Assembly: GCA_951406725.2 (NCBI GenBank) | Contig: OX597816.1 | Coordinates: 181,660,001-181,724,000 of the forward strand | Reading direction: 5' to 3' | DNA from: Octopus vulgaris | Taxonomy: Eukaryota | Length of the DNA: 64,000 nucleotides | Part shown: piece after piece, positions 41,735 through 56,419 of the stretch | Position numbering within the stretch: position 1 is the stretch's first letter | Layout: every line of letters starts with the position of its first letter | Program-made: the position numbers and the translations under genes | The notes under the pieces: model-generated | Seen by the model: the letters and a program-made list of their open reading frames with translations, nothing else | Told to the model about the DNA's origin: nothing | The model's database searches: none

Positions 41735-41784
<50 letters not shown>

Positions 41785-42447
41785 TTGTATAATCGTATAA
41801 GAATTTTAACTTAGCAATTTCCATTTTAATCTAGTTAACACTAAGTTCTATTCACTATTCGAAAATATTAGTTACCGTTTTCTGCTGTTTCATTTAGTTT
41901 CTTACTCCATGGCCAATTTTAGGTGTTAACATGCATTCGTTAACATGTTTTTATTTGGCTTCTTGAATTCTTAATGGACATAACTTCAGTGTCGGGTATT
42001 AAGTACAACAACGTAACTTTGACAGTAATGTGCAATTTATAGTTTATATATGGTCTTTTGCATCACTGATACCACATAGAATATATCTTATTCAACTTTC
42101 TATGTTAATGGTATTATGATACCCATTGTTCAATAGGGGCGATATTTCTATTTTAAAGATAAGCTGATCGTTAAAAACAAACAAAAATTGCTTCTAAGTC
42201 ATAAAAGCAGAATTTTGGTGTTTTTCTTTTTTATAGATGTCTTGACTTTCGCTACAAAATCAAAGATTACAAGACGTTGCATACTTGCCGAGAAAGCAAT
42301 ACTCTTTACGCTTTGCTATGATCATTAAAGACCTAAAATACCAAATCCTGGGAAATGTTTACATACATCATTGAAATTATCACGACATTTTATTACAATC
42401 ACTTGAACAAAATATTGCACGAGAATGTCGAAATGATATATGAAATA

Positions 42448-42524
<77 letters not shown>

Positions 42525-42852
42525 ATAATAATAGTCCATGGATGGAATTTTAGGATATTATTTGTTCACCATTTGCTAAAAGGAACTGCAAAGTTTTGCA
42601 TGTTAGATAAAAGATGTAAGAAATTTCCTATTAGAAATTCTTTAGATAAAGAAGCAAATAATATTATTAGTATTATTTGTTTCTGTGTCTGAAGAAGCCC
42701 GGATGTAGCCCGGATCTTATCTGCTCCATTCTTTAACTCTCGTATATATATTTTTTCCCTACCATGCCTGTAGTAGATTTGTGATTGTTCTGTGGTACAG
42801 AAGTATCTTCGATTTCTATTGTTAGCGATGTGAGTGCTCATGTAGTGCCTTG

Positions 42853-42947
<95 letters not shown>

Positions 42948-43026
42948 GTATGTAGAAAAATACAACATGGACAAGAACGTATAACTCTTCGAAGACGATA
43001 CAATAAACACGGACAGGACATTCGAA

Positions 43027-43100
43027 ACCCTCAGTCTTCAGTCAAGAACCGGATCATCGTAGTAATTTCGGCTGATTAATCTTGAGATTACTAGATCACG
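43027..43100 (-). ncRNA. Non-circularly permuted hammerhead-like ribozyme with intact core
   Basis: UAGUAA-UC-UCAAGA-uuaa-UCAGCC-GAAA-UUACUA-...-UCUUGA-CUGAAGA-CUGAGGGUU; stem III 7 bp and stem I 6 bp are perfect. Confidence 0.7.
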
Positions 43101-44599
43101 GCCAGCCCTCCAAGAAAAACTAAGCAACGAGCATTAGAAAAACTAAGCTGGGAGCGTAGATTTCCTGGAAGAAGGATCGAATGCCTACGAACACCAGGAC
43201 AGCAAAAGGGACGAATATAAAAAAAACAAAAAACAATAATGGAATACAGAAACATGAAATACAGAAGCATGAACATTTATAGTATTCTTCTTATAAACAC
43301 ACACGCGCACGAGCCAAGAAGGGAGCCTCTTATGTGGTCGTTGACTTGACAGAAATAGTAACCAAATCTCTTTCAAATAATGATCCTACTGTCTTAAAAA
43401 AAAAGACAAGGATATTAAATAATGTAGCTCTAAATAGACTATACCTGAGTAAAAGATGAGATGGTCATGACTGGAACGTCATTAGTGCTGACATTGAGCT
43501 GAGCAACTTGCATACATACTTATGTGTATAAACACACTCATACACATATATACACACAATTGTACCTAAATGCATATATGGTGGTGCTCTGATAATTCCA
43601 AAGCCAACAAACTGCAGCAGGAACCAGTAAAAACAGTGTATATGTATGTATGTGTATGTGTACATATGTAGCGCACATATATTCATGCATATATAGATAC
43701 GTGACGGGAGACAAATGCGTTTGAGCAAGGCTTTTCAATGAGAACTGATCACTTACAGTTTTTACCACAACTGTAATAGAGATGTCTCCTATCAGTTAAA
43801 TGCAATACAGAATAATTTGTACAGACTACCAAGAGAAAGAATATGTTTGTTATATGATGGGAGGCATACATTCTTTCAAATGGCAATGATTTATTACATT
43901 TCTTTGATTCGTTTGACCCTGAGGGGTAAACAATATCAGCCTTAAAACAATAAACCCGGTTACAGCATTTAAAAGGATTTCTTGGATCCTATTTTGATTT
44001 ATGCATTTCTCTTCAAAACTTTTGGCCACATTGAGAAATTTATTTCCATGATGCGCTGTCAATTGAATTTTTCATCAATTCTCCACAGAACAGATTTAAG
44101 GTAGTCTTTGTATTCTTAACTGCGGTTTGTGAAAGATTTTTCTTTCAGAATGTGGTCGACCTTAACGAACACACTTTTTAATTCTGTCATCTTCCACACA
44201 AACTATCTGACCAACCCTCTTCAGTATATTACAGTATATTACTGCAGCACCTCCTATTTCCATTCGATATTATCGATAACATTCAATATAATGAGTTCTT
44301 TTTTTCTTTAATTCCTTCTTTATACTTGTATATTATAGAATCCTTAGGCTTAAGCGATTTTTGAAAAGCAAGGGGGAATTCACAGCGGTATTTAGTAAAC
44401 AAACTGAACACGCTACACGTCAGTGGCTAAAGCGTGAATAGATCAAGTTTATGTATAAATGTTCTTTTTACATGTTTGTTTCCTTTTACATTAAATATTA
44501 AAACAACGGCTAAAAACTTTCTGAAGCAGCACCCCGACTAATTCTATCTACGAGCCATCACTGCCTGTGGCTATCATGATCGAGCGGACCTATAATCAA

Positions 44600-44920
44600 A
44601 ACCATTCAAACTAGAAAGAGTGAAAGGCAATGTTGGTCCTGACGTGATTTGATCTCAGGACGCAAAGAGATAGAATAAAAATTGCAAACCCAGCAATCTA
44701 ACGATTCTGCCAGTTTGCCAACATTAACAACAGTTTCCGATTTAGAAACAAGGCCAGCAATTTTGCAATTAGTCGAGTACGTATTTGATTGCTCATTTAT
44801 CTTATCGACCCCGAAAAGATGAAAAGCAAATTTGAAATAGAACGTAGAGAGCTGGGGAAAATACTAAATCGCATTTTCTCCGACTCTCTAATGACTCTAT
44901 CAGTTCGCTGCCCGCTTTTT
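44600..44920 (-). mobile_element. Two degenerate SINE family C copies
   Basis: GAAAGGCAATGTTGG...ACGATTCTGCCAGTTTGCC and ATCGACCCCGAAAAGATGAAAAGCAAA motifs. Confidence 0.55.
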
Positions 44921-45284
44921 CCACTCTTACTACCATTGAAACTGTCCTTTACGTAGATGTATATAATTTTCTTTAACACACTATTCAGCAAAAAAGTTTC
45001 AAACATAAATATGACCGAGCTAAGCGGTTCTATTACACGGATATACTGGCACAAACTAAAAATGAAAGTAGTTAAGTTGTAAATCAGCGAATAATCGAAA
45101 GACCTGATAGACTGAAAAAAAAATCTAGAAGATAATAATTAAAAGGACATAAGCATTTTAAAAGAAAACTTAAAAGAATAGTTCAATTTTATGATTGGAA
45201 AATTTAATAGTTTTATTGCCCATTTCACTTAGATATTTCTACGAATACGAAAGGGGAAAAAAACTGTGTGTTTATAAATATATA

Positions 45285-45357
<73 letters not shown>

Positions 45358-45358
45358 A

Positions 45359-45507
<149 letters not shown>

Positions 45508-46638
45508 CTAGGGTAAAGCGACTGACATAGAACCTGGTTGATATTTCGTTTCGTTCAATATAGAAACTATTAATTTCCTCAAACGATTGCTCGATGCATT
45601 ACGGCAAAGTCTGTCAATACTTTGCAGTTTATTGAAAAAAAGATTAGCTTCCATGTTTGAACAGTCTAGCACCTTTTTATAGATTTGAGAATGTAAGTTT
45701 AAATCCTCATAATGGACTTGTAATTCACGGTTACGTATATTTATTTCTTTGTTTGTTTCTGACAAATTCAAATAACCTTCTTCAAGATTTTCAATCTGTT
45801 GAATTAGCGTGGAATTAGCATTCTCCAGCTCTTCATTGCGCTGGAGTAATAGATTGACACTAAATTCCAAGCTATTTTTTTCCATGGCAAGTGCCTTATT
45901 TTCCATATCTAACTCTTTATTTTCAGTTATTAAGCTCATATTGTCATTTTTTAGGGTTTCTATAATCATTTGGTTGAACTCGTTAGCTTCAGCTAGCTCG
46001 TTAGTTATAGCATTCTGATTGTTCATCTGATTAGCGATTTCTTCATATTGCAAATAATCATAAAAGTCCGTTTGAACCTCATTGTCCACGAGTTTATACT
46101 CGTCTATAAGTTTATACTCGTTTTCTACGATTTTACACTCATTAACTGCTCGTTTGATAAATTTTGTATTTCCTGGTTTGGGCCAGCTTTTCAGTTCGTG
46201 TTCTGTTGGAGCTTTCAGTATATCACCACAACCTACACCCTTAATTTTTCGACACTCAGTCACTGGATCTTCTTTGGGTGTCGGTAGAGGAGAGTTAATT
46301 TCATAAAAAGCTTTAAACCAAAGTCCAAAATGATAGTTCTCTGCCAAGTTACCTTCCATTAATTTCTGTATCGGTATTTCTTTATTCAAGTTGATATATG
46401 TGAAGGCTGCTTGGAGCTGTTTGTAGTTCATGTGTCTATCATACATGGTTAGGTTTTGCGATTTAATTTTGTTTAAATTGAGCGCAGTTGGGAAAAGCAT
46501 AAACATACCTTTGCAAAATTCATAGCCACTCGCTAAATCTTTAACGGAATGAATCTGTGTAGAAACGGTTTTTCGAAACCATTCAACGAGTTTTTCTTGG
46601 CTGACGACAGCAACGGACGGAGGGTCCAGAACTTTCAT
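45508..46638 (-). CDS. Intronless divergent EB1/MAPRE-family microtubule plus-end-binding protein (CH domain, long coiled coil, EBH-like end), 376 aa
   Basis: N-terminus LVEW...DLASGYEFC...NYKQLQAAF...[30 protein letters not shown] resembles the EB1 CH domain; C-terminus [16 protein letters not shown]...IVSILNET resembles EBH (ERDFYFGKLRNIELIC...IVDILYAT); uninterrupted 1131-bp ORF in AT-rich DNA. Confidence 0.85.
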   Translation of the reverse strand: MKVLDPPSVAVVSQEKLVEWFRKTVSTQIHSVKDLASGYEFCKGMFMLFPTALNLNKIKSQNLTMYDRHMNYKQLQAAFTYINLNKEIPIQKLMEGNLAENYHFGLWFKAFYEINSPLPTPKEDPVTECRKIKGVGCGDILKAPTEHELKSWPKPGNTKFIKRAVNECKIVENEYKLIDEYKLVDNEVQTDFYDYLQYEEIANQMNNQNAITNELAEANEFNQMIIETLKNDNMSLITENKELDMENKALAMEKNSLEFSVNLLLQRNEELENANSTLIQQIENLEEGYLNLSETNKEINIRNRELQVHYEDLNLHSQIYKKVLDCSNMEANLFFNKLQSIDRLCRNASSNRLRKLIVSILNETKYQPGSMSVALP

Positions 46639-46827
46639 AGTTTCTCTTCTCTGTATATATTATATACGATTAAACGACAAAGTTACGAAAGAATCATATC
46701 TTAGTACCAGAAACAAGAAATATAATACTCCCGAGAAGCCTTAGTTCTATTCTATAATTCTGTACTGATTGTTCTTTCGAACCAAGAATCCATTGTATTC
46801 TTGTATCACTTACGCTATAATTCTGTA

Positions 46828-46835
46828 TGACGTCA
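46828..46835. promoter_or_regulatory. CRE palindrome TGACGTCA ~190 bp upstream of the EB1-like ATG
   Basis: Exact consensus match, with a variant TGGCGTCA at ~46850; function not demonstrated. Confidence 0.35.
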
Positions 46836-48674
46836 TTGCAATGCTTTGGTGGCGTCATGGAAAAAACACAACTATCGTTAGATTTAACCCATTTATTTAA
46901 CCAGCAATTACAAAATCGATATTTTAATTTACTACAATCCTATATTGGCTTAAAATGGAAAGTTCTAGTATTTCTATAACAGAATTTTTTTAGTATCAAC
47001 CAAAATGTTCAACCTAAGGATATTTTATTAAAATTATGTTAAATTCCGTAAATTAGAATATTATAACAAATCATTCAATGTCAAACTGGATTTATTTTAA
47101 TAAAGTTCAAATTATATCATTTTATTTGGAAAAAGTTAAGTATAATGATCTATCGATTCAGAATAGCTTATAGATTCCGCCTCCTAATGATGCACATTAC
47201 CACTTTTCTACGAAATTTTGATCGACTAAACCCTTTCCAGATTTTAGTTCGAAATGTATCGCTAACTAAAAGCACTTATACATCACTCAAAGATCTTTAA
47301 ACTTTTACTGCAAACATTATTATGTCTCAATGTGATGGAAATATATTATAAAGCAAGAACAAACATTGACAAGCATTTTAAATGGAATTTCTCTGCGAGA
47401 AGATATTTTCCAGAAAATTAACCTAGTAACTCCCAGATAAAGAACTTACCAAGCTGTGGATAATGTAGTACATAAACGTATCCGATGGTGCAACTTTGTC
47501 AACATCTATTAAAGAAACCACATGAAAATGAATTAGAAATATAACAACGGTTTATAGCAAAGCAGTTTAGAACTACGTTGCGATACAGCTTTTCAATATA
47601 AGCCTAAGTAGTTCTTCATATTGGATTACAAGCAATTTTCAACGGTAACTGCAAACTTACTAATTCTGCGGCTACTAAGAAATACACTACAGGGACAAAA
47701 ATTGTAAATAAGAAAACTAAATGATAACTAAAATAACTACCAAAACAACATAAGCAAATAACAATAAAACACTAAATATGCTGAAATAATATATTACTGT
47801 GTAATGTGATATTTTGGAACAATGAAATAATGTATTTGGAAGTAGAACACAGCAACAATATATTTACAAGAAATACCAAGAATTTGTGCTTTTTGTTATG
47901 TTCTGCCAGCGTAATTTCAAATTAACAAACTGTGACAAATAATTCATGTCAAATAGCTGAACCCACTTGATTTTAATCCGTGTCAGCCTGACCTCCCCCT
48001 TCGTCACGTCTGAAAGGAATGGGAGGTCACCAAGGCGCAGGTCATAGTGAATAACGATACCTCGAATGTTAGTTGTTGTTCGCTGTCCCATCATCCTGGG
48101 GATGCAGCTGCTGGAATAGTTAATCGAATCAATGTGAGAGTTTCTACGCTGTTACTTAATCTGCTAGAAATAGCAACCAATTCTCCTGCAAATCACATCC
48201 TACTGCTTTAAAAATGGAAGGGTACATTTAATAATGTCAACACAAATTACACAATGCCTCTAAAAACTATAATGCACGCAGTTGAAGTGTCTTCGATCAT
48301 AAATCTACTGGATTAGAGCTGACGAGGCTAAGCCACGGCCGTAGCAAGACCTACTGATTCTCTTTTTGCTGTACACAGCAGGAAATACTCGTTGGCGTTT
48401 GAATACCGATTACCCAGACGTCGAATTAACGTTCAAATACGTAAGTAACGTAATGATATAAGAACATAAAGAAATTAATTTTGTAACAGAATGTATTTCT
48501 CCTCGCTTATAGTTTCATTCGATGAAGTCAGACTGAGCGCGATTTACCTTTTACTTCTTTGTCGTTGATGCAGTTATCTAACTTAACATATGTGCAACAT
48601 AACACAGAAGGGGATCATTTTGGGGTTTTGGTGGTTCATCGTTGTTGCTGATGGTTTAATATATATTTTTATAA

Positions 48675-50360
48675 AGGCAGAGGGCTGGCTGAATCGTTAA
48701 CACACCGGAAAAAAATGCTTAGCAGCATTTCGTTTGACATTACGTTCTGAATTCAAATGCAACCGAGATCGACTTTGCTTTTCCTCTTTTCGGGGTCGAT
48801 AAAATAAATACCAAGTGAGCATTGGGATCGATATAATCAATTTACCCCATCCCACAAAATTGCTGGCCTTGTGCCAAAATTTGAAACCACTATAAATTTT
48901 TACCTGATTAAGACAAAGGCAGATTGGTAGTACCTCTAATCCTTTATAGTGATTCCGACACTAGTGAGAAGAAGAGAGAAAGTTATTCTCTGACAGGAAA
49001 CCTTATCTGAATGCTTGTATCGGAGTAGATTCTATTAAAAGCTTCCAAGGACTAGGAAACGGTGTTAAACTAGGTGATGGATTAAATCTTCCCTCAAAAA
49101 AGTACAACCCTGTAATAATAAGTGTTTCTTATTTCTTTATTGCCCACAAGGGGCTAAACATAGAAGGGACAAACAAGGACAGAGAAAGGGATTAAGTCGA
49201 TTACATCGACCCAGTGCGTAACTGGTACTCAATTTACCGGTCCCGAAAGGATGAAAGGCAAAGTCGACCTCGGCGGAATTTGAACTCAGAACGCAGCGGC
49301 AGACGAAATACTGCTAAGCATTTCGCCCGGCGTGCTAACGTTTCTGCCAGTTCGCCGCCTTGTAATAATAACTGTTTCTAGCACAGGCAAAGGCCTTGGA
49401 ATTTAAGCGAAAGATTTGCCAATATCATCGACCGTAGTTAAGGGGGCAAGCTGGCAGAATCGTTAGCACGCAGGGCAAAAAAATTCTCGGCGGCATTTCG
49501 TCTGTCTTTACGTTCTGAATTCCAATATCACCGAGGTCGACTTTGCTTTTCGTCCATTTGCGATCGATAAAATAAGTACCAGTTAAACAGTGGTGGTGGT
49601 GGGGTTCAATGTAATCGATTTATACCTTCCATCGAAATTGCTGGTTTTGTACCAAACTTTGAAACCAATGTCATCGACCTTAGTACTTCACTAGTACTTT
49701 ATTTTAACGAACTCGGAATGGTGAAAAACAGTTTCCATTTTACATTCAGGGGTTTTACATTCAGAACGCAAAAGAGCAAAGAGCAAAGAGTTGAAAGGGT
49801 GATTACTCTTTGCTCTTCACTTGTTTCAGTCATTTGACTGAGGCCATCGACCCCCAGGACTTATTCTTTGTAAGCCTGGTACTTATTCTATCGGTCTCTT
49901 TTGCCGAACCGCTAAGTTACAGGGACGTAAACACACCAGCATTGGTTGACAAGCAATGCTGGGGGGACAAACACAGACACACAAACAAAACACACACAAA
50001 CACACACACATACATATATATACATATATACGACGGGCTTCTTTCAGTTTCTGTCTACCAAATCCACTCACAAGGCTTTGGTCAGCCCGAAGCTATAGAA
50101 GACACTTGCCCAAGGTGCCACGCAATGGGACTGAACCCGGAACCATGTATTTGGTAAGCAAGCTACTTACCACACAACCACTCCTACGCCTATAATCACA
50201 AAGTCTGAAATTTATTTTAGGGGAGGGGACTACATCGATCCCAGTGCTCAACTGGTACTTATTTTGTCGAACCTGAAAGGATGAAAGGCAAAGTTGACGT
50301 CGGAAGAATTTGAACTCAGAACGTGTTTGGCTAACGGTTCTGACAGCTCGCTGCTTTATG
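48675..50360. mobile_element. Dense SINE cluster: family C at 48675-48890 (+), 49125-49361 (-), 49442-49668 (+), 50195-50355 (-); family A at 49805-50190 (-)
   Basis: Repeated family head and core motifs. Confidence 0.85.
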
Positions 50361-50659
50361 CTGTTCTAATATTTGGCACTTAACTAAAGCAGTGTTTCCT
50401 TCATCTCTGAATAAGTATCGCTTATAATCGTTGTGATTCTTCAGATATAGGTTTCACATAACGTTTCCAATAAACCGGCTCCCAACACAACTAAATTTAA
50501 CCACCTTTTCAATTTACAACTTGCTACCTCTACCGAATGAATGCGCAAATATGGGACAGTATGTCTTTCTTGCATTCTTTAATGAACATATAAAATATCC
50601 TTGATTGAATTCAATTTCTTACTAAGACAATCATTGTGTGGTAAGTAGCTCGCTTAACC

Positions 50660-53510
50660 TTCGTCGAAGTCAGACGTGTTTTTTGGCGGTGAGTCAAGCG
50701 TGTTGTTGCACAAGGATAATTTTTCTACTGTTAAATGTTTGTTGTTAAATGTTTTCGTGAACTTTGAAAGTTTTTGTGCTTTCTTCCCGGTGACGGGAAG
50801 GAGTAATTGTTGAAACATTGAAGTCATTAATATTGAATTTATTAATATTATTAGTGTTGAACTTGTTAAAGCCGTTGTAGGCTTTATTGTCCCCCCCCCG
50901 CCCCCAGCGGGGGTGGCATTTGAACTGTTATCCTCATTAAGAGGGAAAAAAATATTATAGGCTTCCCGTTTTTGGGATAAGCAAATTGTTGTTGTGGAAA
51001 AAATTAAATTTTAGCCATTGTAGGCTCTATTGTGGCATCCGGCCGTAGCGCGAGTGAGATTTGAACTGTTTCCCTTTTTTCGGGATTCTATATTTCATTA
51101 TTGTGTGAAAAAAATTAATTTCGAATCGTTGTAGACTTTGTTGCTACGTCTCGCCCCTCAGCGGGAGTGGGATTTGAACTTTGGACTGCGGAAATAAAAG
51201 TTGATTATTTTTGTCGGAAAACATTTTCTAAAGGTTTCCCAGTTTTGTGGGAAACCAATTTCTCTGATACTTATTTCAACCATGTCGGTTGAAATCATTC
51301 ATGAAAAATCTGCTCTTGTAGAGAGCAATGTTGATGCTGGCAATTGCGCCAACACTGTGAAAACATTTTCGGCAGTTGCCGCAGTGGCAACCGAAAATAT
51401 TGATATATCGGCAGACATGTTGCAGGGATATTTTAAAAGGATGAAGGAAGAGGGAGGTGATGTTGTGATATCACCCTCCTCCACTGTGTTAGAAACAAAA
51501 AAAGAGGACTGTAGTGTATAAAACCTTCTGTCCACAAGACAAAAGGTTTAAACACTTCGAAAAAGAAACAATAGAAAAATGCCTGTCCCCGATATGGAGG
51601 GATATAGTGTATATCTCGAAGGGACGGGCATATGGTTCTGTTGAGGTCTAATTCTCAAAGGAAGAGGCGGCTCGCGGGCATTCCGTGTGTCCCCTGAAGA
51701 CCAAAGAAGTGGTACTTCTGCCAACTTATATGGGACGAAGAACATCCCGTGTAAGAATCAATGAAGTGCCACCTAAAGTGGACTCTAAAGAAGTGGTGGC
51801 CGCCCTACTGTTTAATAGGACGGACCGTATAAAAATACCACAAACTACAAGTTCCGCCACACAGAATTGGTTAGGGCGGAACATCACTGTTTTAATACTA
51901 GGGAAACAGGAGGACATTCAGGTCCTACCAGAGAGAGTGCTCGTTGGGGAGAATGTGGCCCTTAGGGTACAGGTGGAAGGCCGTAAGCCCACCTGTTACC
52001 AATGCGGAAAAAAGGGCCACATTCGAGCTGATTGTGAAGAAAACAAAAAAAGTTGTCGCAAACACCAGGCCCCTCAAGTAAAAAAAACCCACCACCGCAA
52101 ACACACCAACCCCCACAAACAGTGGGGGGGGCACTGGTACATTTAGACCCGTCTAAGGCATTTGATAGGGTCGACCATCGGTACTTGGCGGCGGTCTTCG
52201 GGGAGGCTGGCCTGGGCCCGACCTTTCGAGGTTGGATTGCTGCGTTGTATAGCGACATCGAGTCTGTCGTAAAAGTGAATGGTTTCCTTTCGAAGCCGTT
52301 CAGGATCGAGCGTTCAGTTCGTCAGAGGTGTCCCCTGTCCCCGTTTCTATATGTGTTGGCTCTTGAGCCTTTGCTGCGGAAGTTGGATGCACTAGGGGGC
52401 GCACAGCATGATCTATGGTGTGGAAGAGGAGCTACGGCGTACGCGGATGACATCTCCATCATCGTGGCAGATGAAGGCCAGCTTCCAGTGGTGGAAGGAG
52501 CCATCAAAAGTTACGAGGCGGTTAACAAGGACAAGTCGGTCGGCTTGCAACTCGGCACCTGGAAGGGCAATCCGATGCAGTCCAATAACGTCGTGGGGCG
52601 TTGGACGGAAGGTCCTGTTAAGCTGCTCGGAGTCTGGATTGGTTCAAACCTCCAGATAGAGAAAAATTGGAGTGAGGTGGCCGGCAGGGTGACCGCTCTA
52701 ACCCAGACCTGGTCTGGACGGGCGTTATCCCTGCTAGGGAGGGCGGAGGTGGTGCAGATGTTCATAGCATCAGTAGTCACCTACCGTCTGACCGTGGTGC
52801 CTTGCCCCGATTTGTGGCTGAACAAGTTGGAAACAATCCTTTTCCACTTTTTGTGGAAAGGAGGAAATCCACTCGTGAAGCGCTTTGTCTACTGCCAGAA
52901 ACCCATAAAGGGTGGGCTAGGGATGCCTTGGATGGAGAGTAGGTGTGGTCACCGCACGTTCGGTTCTACCTTCCGCAATTAACGTCCTCAACAGACATTG
53001 GTAATTGGATCAAGCAGAGACCCAGGCTGGGGGACTGGCAATTGGAGTGCCGCCCGGCACTTCAGCTACTCTCTCGGGCGGACAATGCCGGTAATAAGAG
53101 TTCCACCGCGGATTTCTATAGCGGGTTAGTGGAGGTTAAGTCCGAAGACGCTCTGGGCTACGATGAAAATCAGTTAATCAACCTGTTCCGGAGAACTTTC
53201 CGTCCGGGGTATCTGGACAATTACCAGAAATCTCTGGCTTGGCAGTGCTTCCGTGCGCGTTACCAGTTCGTGATAAACTGTCAAGGCACGGAAGTGCCGT
53301 CTCGCCGACATGTCCGAAGTGCGGTCAGAACAGGGAAACCGTCTTGCACGCATTTGTGGAGTGTCCGGAATTAACGGGACTGATAGTTTTTGCAGAGTAG
53401 CTGCAATGGGTAGAGTACAGCTATCAGCTGAATCTATCATTGAGATTGTGCCGCCTCCTACCCTTAACAGGGAAAGGAAGGCTTGCTTTTTCTGCGTAGT
53501 AGCCATACTG
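50660..53510 (+). mobile_element. Tx1/L1-group LINE, internally deleted (5' UTR, gag-like ORF1, RT, C-terminal zinc finger)
   Basis: CYQCGKKGHIRADC knuckle (51685-52146); LDPSKAFDRVDH, RQRCPLSP, AYADD (52053-52982); CPKC...HAFVEC; no endonuclease domain between ORF1 and RT. Confidence 0.85.
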
Positions 53511-53904
53511 AAAGGCGGTGCTCCAGCATGGCCACAGTCAAATGACTGAGACAAGTAAAAGAGTAGAGTTAGGTCGACAATAAACAAAGCGTTTTCTCTG
53601 TTCTAAGAAAGAGATTCGGTTGTTCTTTTTTTTTTTCTAGCAGATTGAATGATTTTGTAAATGTTCCTTCATCTGTAATTTCTGGTGTTTTGGATTCTAA
53701 ACTCGTCACTTTTATGATACTTCAGAACAATGCAATTATGTATTTAGAAGATAAAAATCAACGTCATTTCAAACTTCGGTAGAAGACGTGAGTTAAGGAG
53801 GACGTGGGGTTTCGCTGCGATTTATAAGAGATCGATCGATCATATAGAGGTTCCTCTCGTTGCTCGTACATTGGTTTATTGCTAAAGTAACGTGTGTCTT
53901 TGTT

Positions 53905-54615
<711 letters not shown>

Positions 54616-56419
54616 ATTTACCATTTATTTTGTTGCACTCAATAGGAAGTTGCCAGTAAGCTGACCGCTTAAATACACACAAGAGGAACTGGGCCGCTGA
54701 CAGCATGTTTTGTCACACATTTCACTAAAGTATCAGGATATATTTGTGAGATTGTCTGACTGTTCCAGCGCTCTCGGCATCGTGATTACCCTCAGAAAAC
54801 TCGTTTACACATGTCTAATCTATGTTTATCTGATAGTAGTAACTAATTATAGTCTATGCTTTCCTTTTCGTTGCATGAAACCGGAAATACACGTCAGCGC
54901 CTGAGCCTCGTATCTGCAGTCACAATTAAAGTATGGATTTATAGGCAACATCTAAGGAAATAAGAAAACTATTATTGTGACATTATATTTAAAAGCATGG
55001 TCATTACTGGCAGGATATTGCTTTCGTACTTGCTTTTATTCCTATTTCTCAATTTGTAACAGTTTAAATTTGCATATATCTAGTAAGTTTCAGATATATA
55101 TATTATAACCGTCACTAACAAGTGGGTATGTTTGACTTGGTAATTCGTACCATAATTTCGCTATTGCTTTAGGTAATTATGTAATCACAAGCAGACATTA
55201 AAAGTCTCTCGACCCTCCTATCCTTTGACCAGCGGAATATCGATCGATAACAGCTTGATGAAGAGAGGGTTGCAACAGCACCAGGCTGATACTTATTTTC
55301 AGCTGAGTAGACTGGAGCAACATGAGATAAAGCACCTTGTTCCAGGACTCAGCTTATCAACCGATCCACAAATTGAACTCACAATTTTATGATTGTGAGC
55401 CCAACGCCCTACACATTAGGCCACACACTTTCAGGTGATATAATAATAATATAATATATATATAATATATAGTATGAAATCTTAAATGTTATGTCACTTG
55501 GAATATGTGTATCGTCTTTATATATTATGCTATTCTATCAATGTCGAACCACGGCCGTCTTAGCAGCATTATTGACTCCCGAGCAAATAAATGCATTGGA
55601 TCCACTGGTATTTATCCATTGACGGCTAGCCACAGCATTCATAGATCAGAATTGGGTCCTTAGGCCTTGTGAGGGACCTGGGTAACTATTCAAAGTCCCC
55701 AGATCATAAGACAGCTCTGAGTCAAATTCTTTTTTATAATTTTATATAAATGAGTTGTGGTTAAAAAGATAATAATATTTAGGACTATTAAGCTCTCTTT
55801 TTTAAAGCTACATCTACACTACGTTCCGATTGCTTGAAGTACCATCGTCATCAAATGTCTTATTCTTGGACATGCGCATACTTCAGTGGCATTGAGGGTA
55901 ATATGGTAAGTACTTTTAAGAAATAAAGGTTCCTTAGTTCTAATCCTGTTTAGTAATATAACATATTCAAGAATAAGAAACCTTATGATGATCGCAATCA
56001 AGCTGAGAGCAGCCACAATCTTCTGATCACCTGTGCAGCTGCGTCCTCCGTTGAAATGCCATCGGTGTCTAGGAGATATAGTCTTGATTATTTCATTCTG
56101 GCATAGGTTATGTCCTCATCATCATGGAAGATCTTCTACGTCTTCAAAAGAAAAAGAAGGGAAGCGTAAAAGCTGATTTTTATACGATAGCAATAGTTAC
56201 CATGGATGCATATATTCGTTAAAAGCTGCCTTGTCATCTGTAGTTTTTTACTCGTGAGCTCCCTTTCAACGTAGAAACTGGGAGAACCCAATATATATAT
56301 TTAGATACTATCTTACGTACAATTCATTAACATAAATTACTTAAAGGATAGCCATCTCCAAAATGATGAATCATGTCATACTTCCAATCCAGTCTCTGAC
56401 GACTTAACGAAGTCATGAT

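Noticed and set aside
42566-42841. Possible GIY-YIG or host exon next to the 43-kb ribozyme
   Set aside because: No motif I can recognise with confidence in any frame; would need TBLASTN
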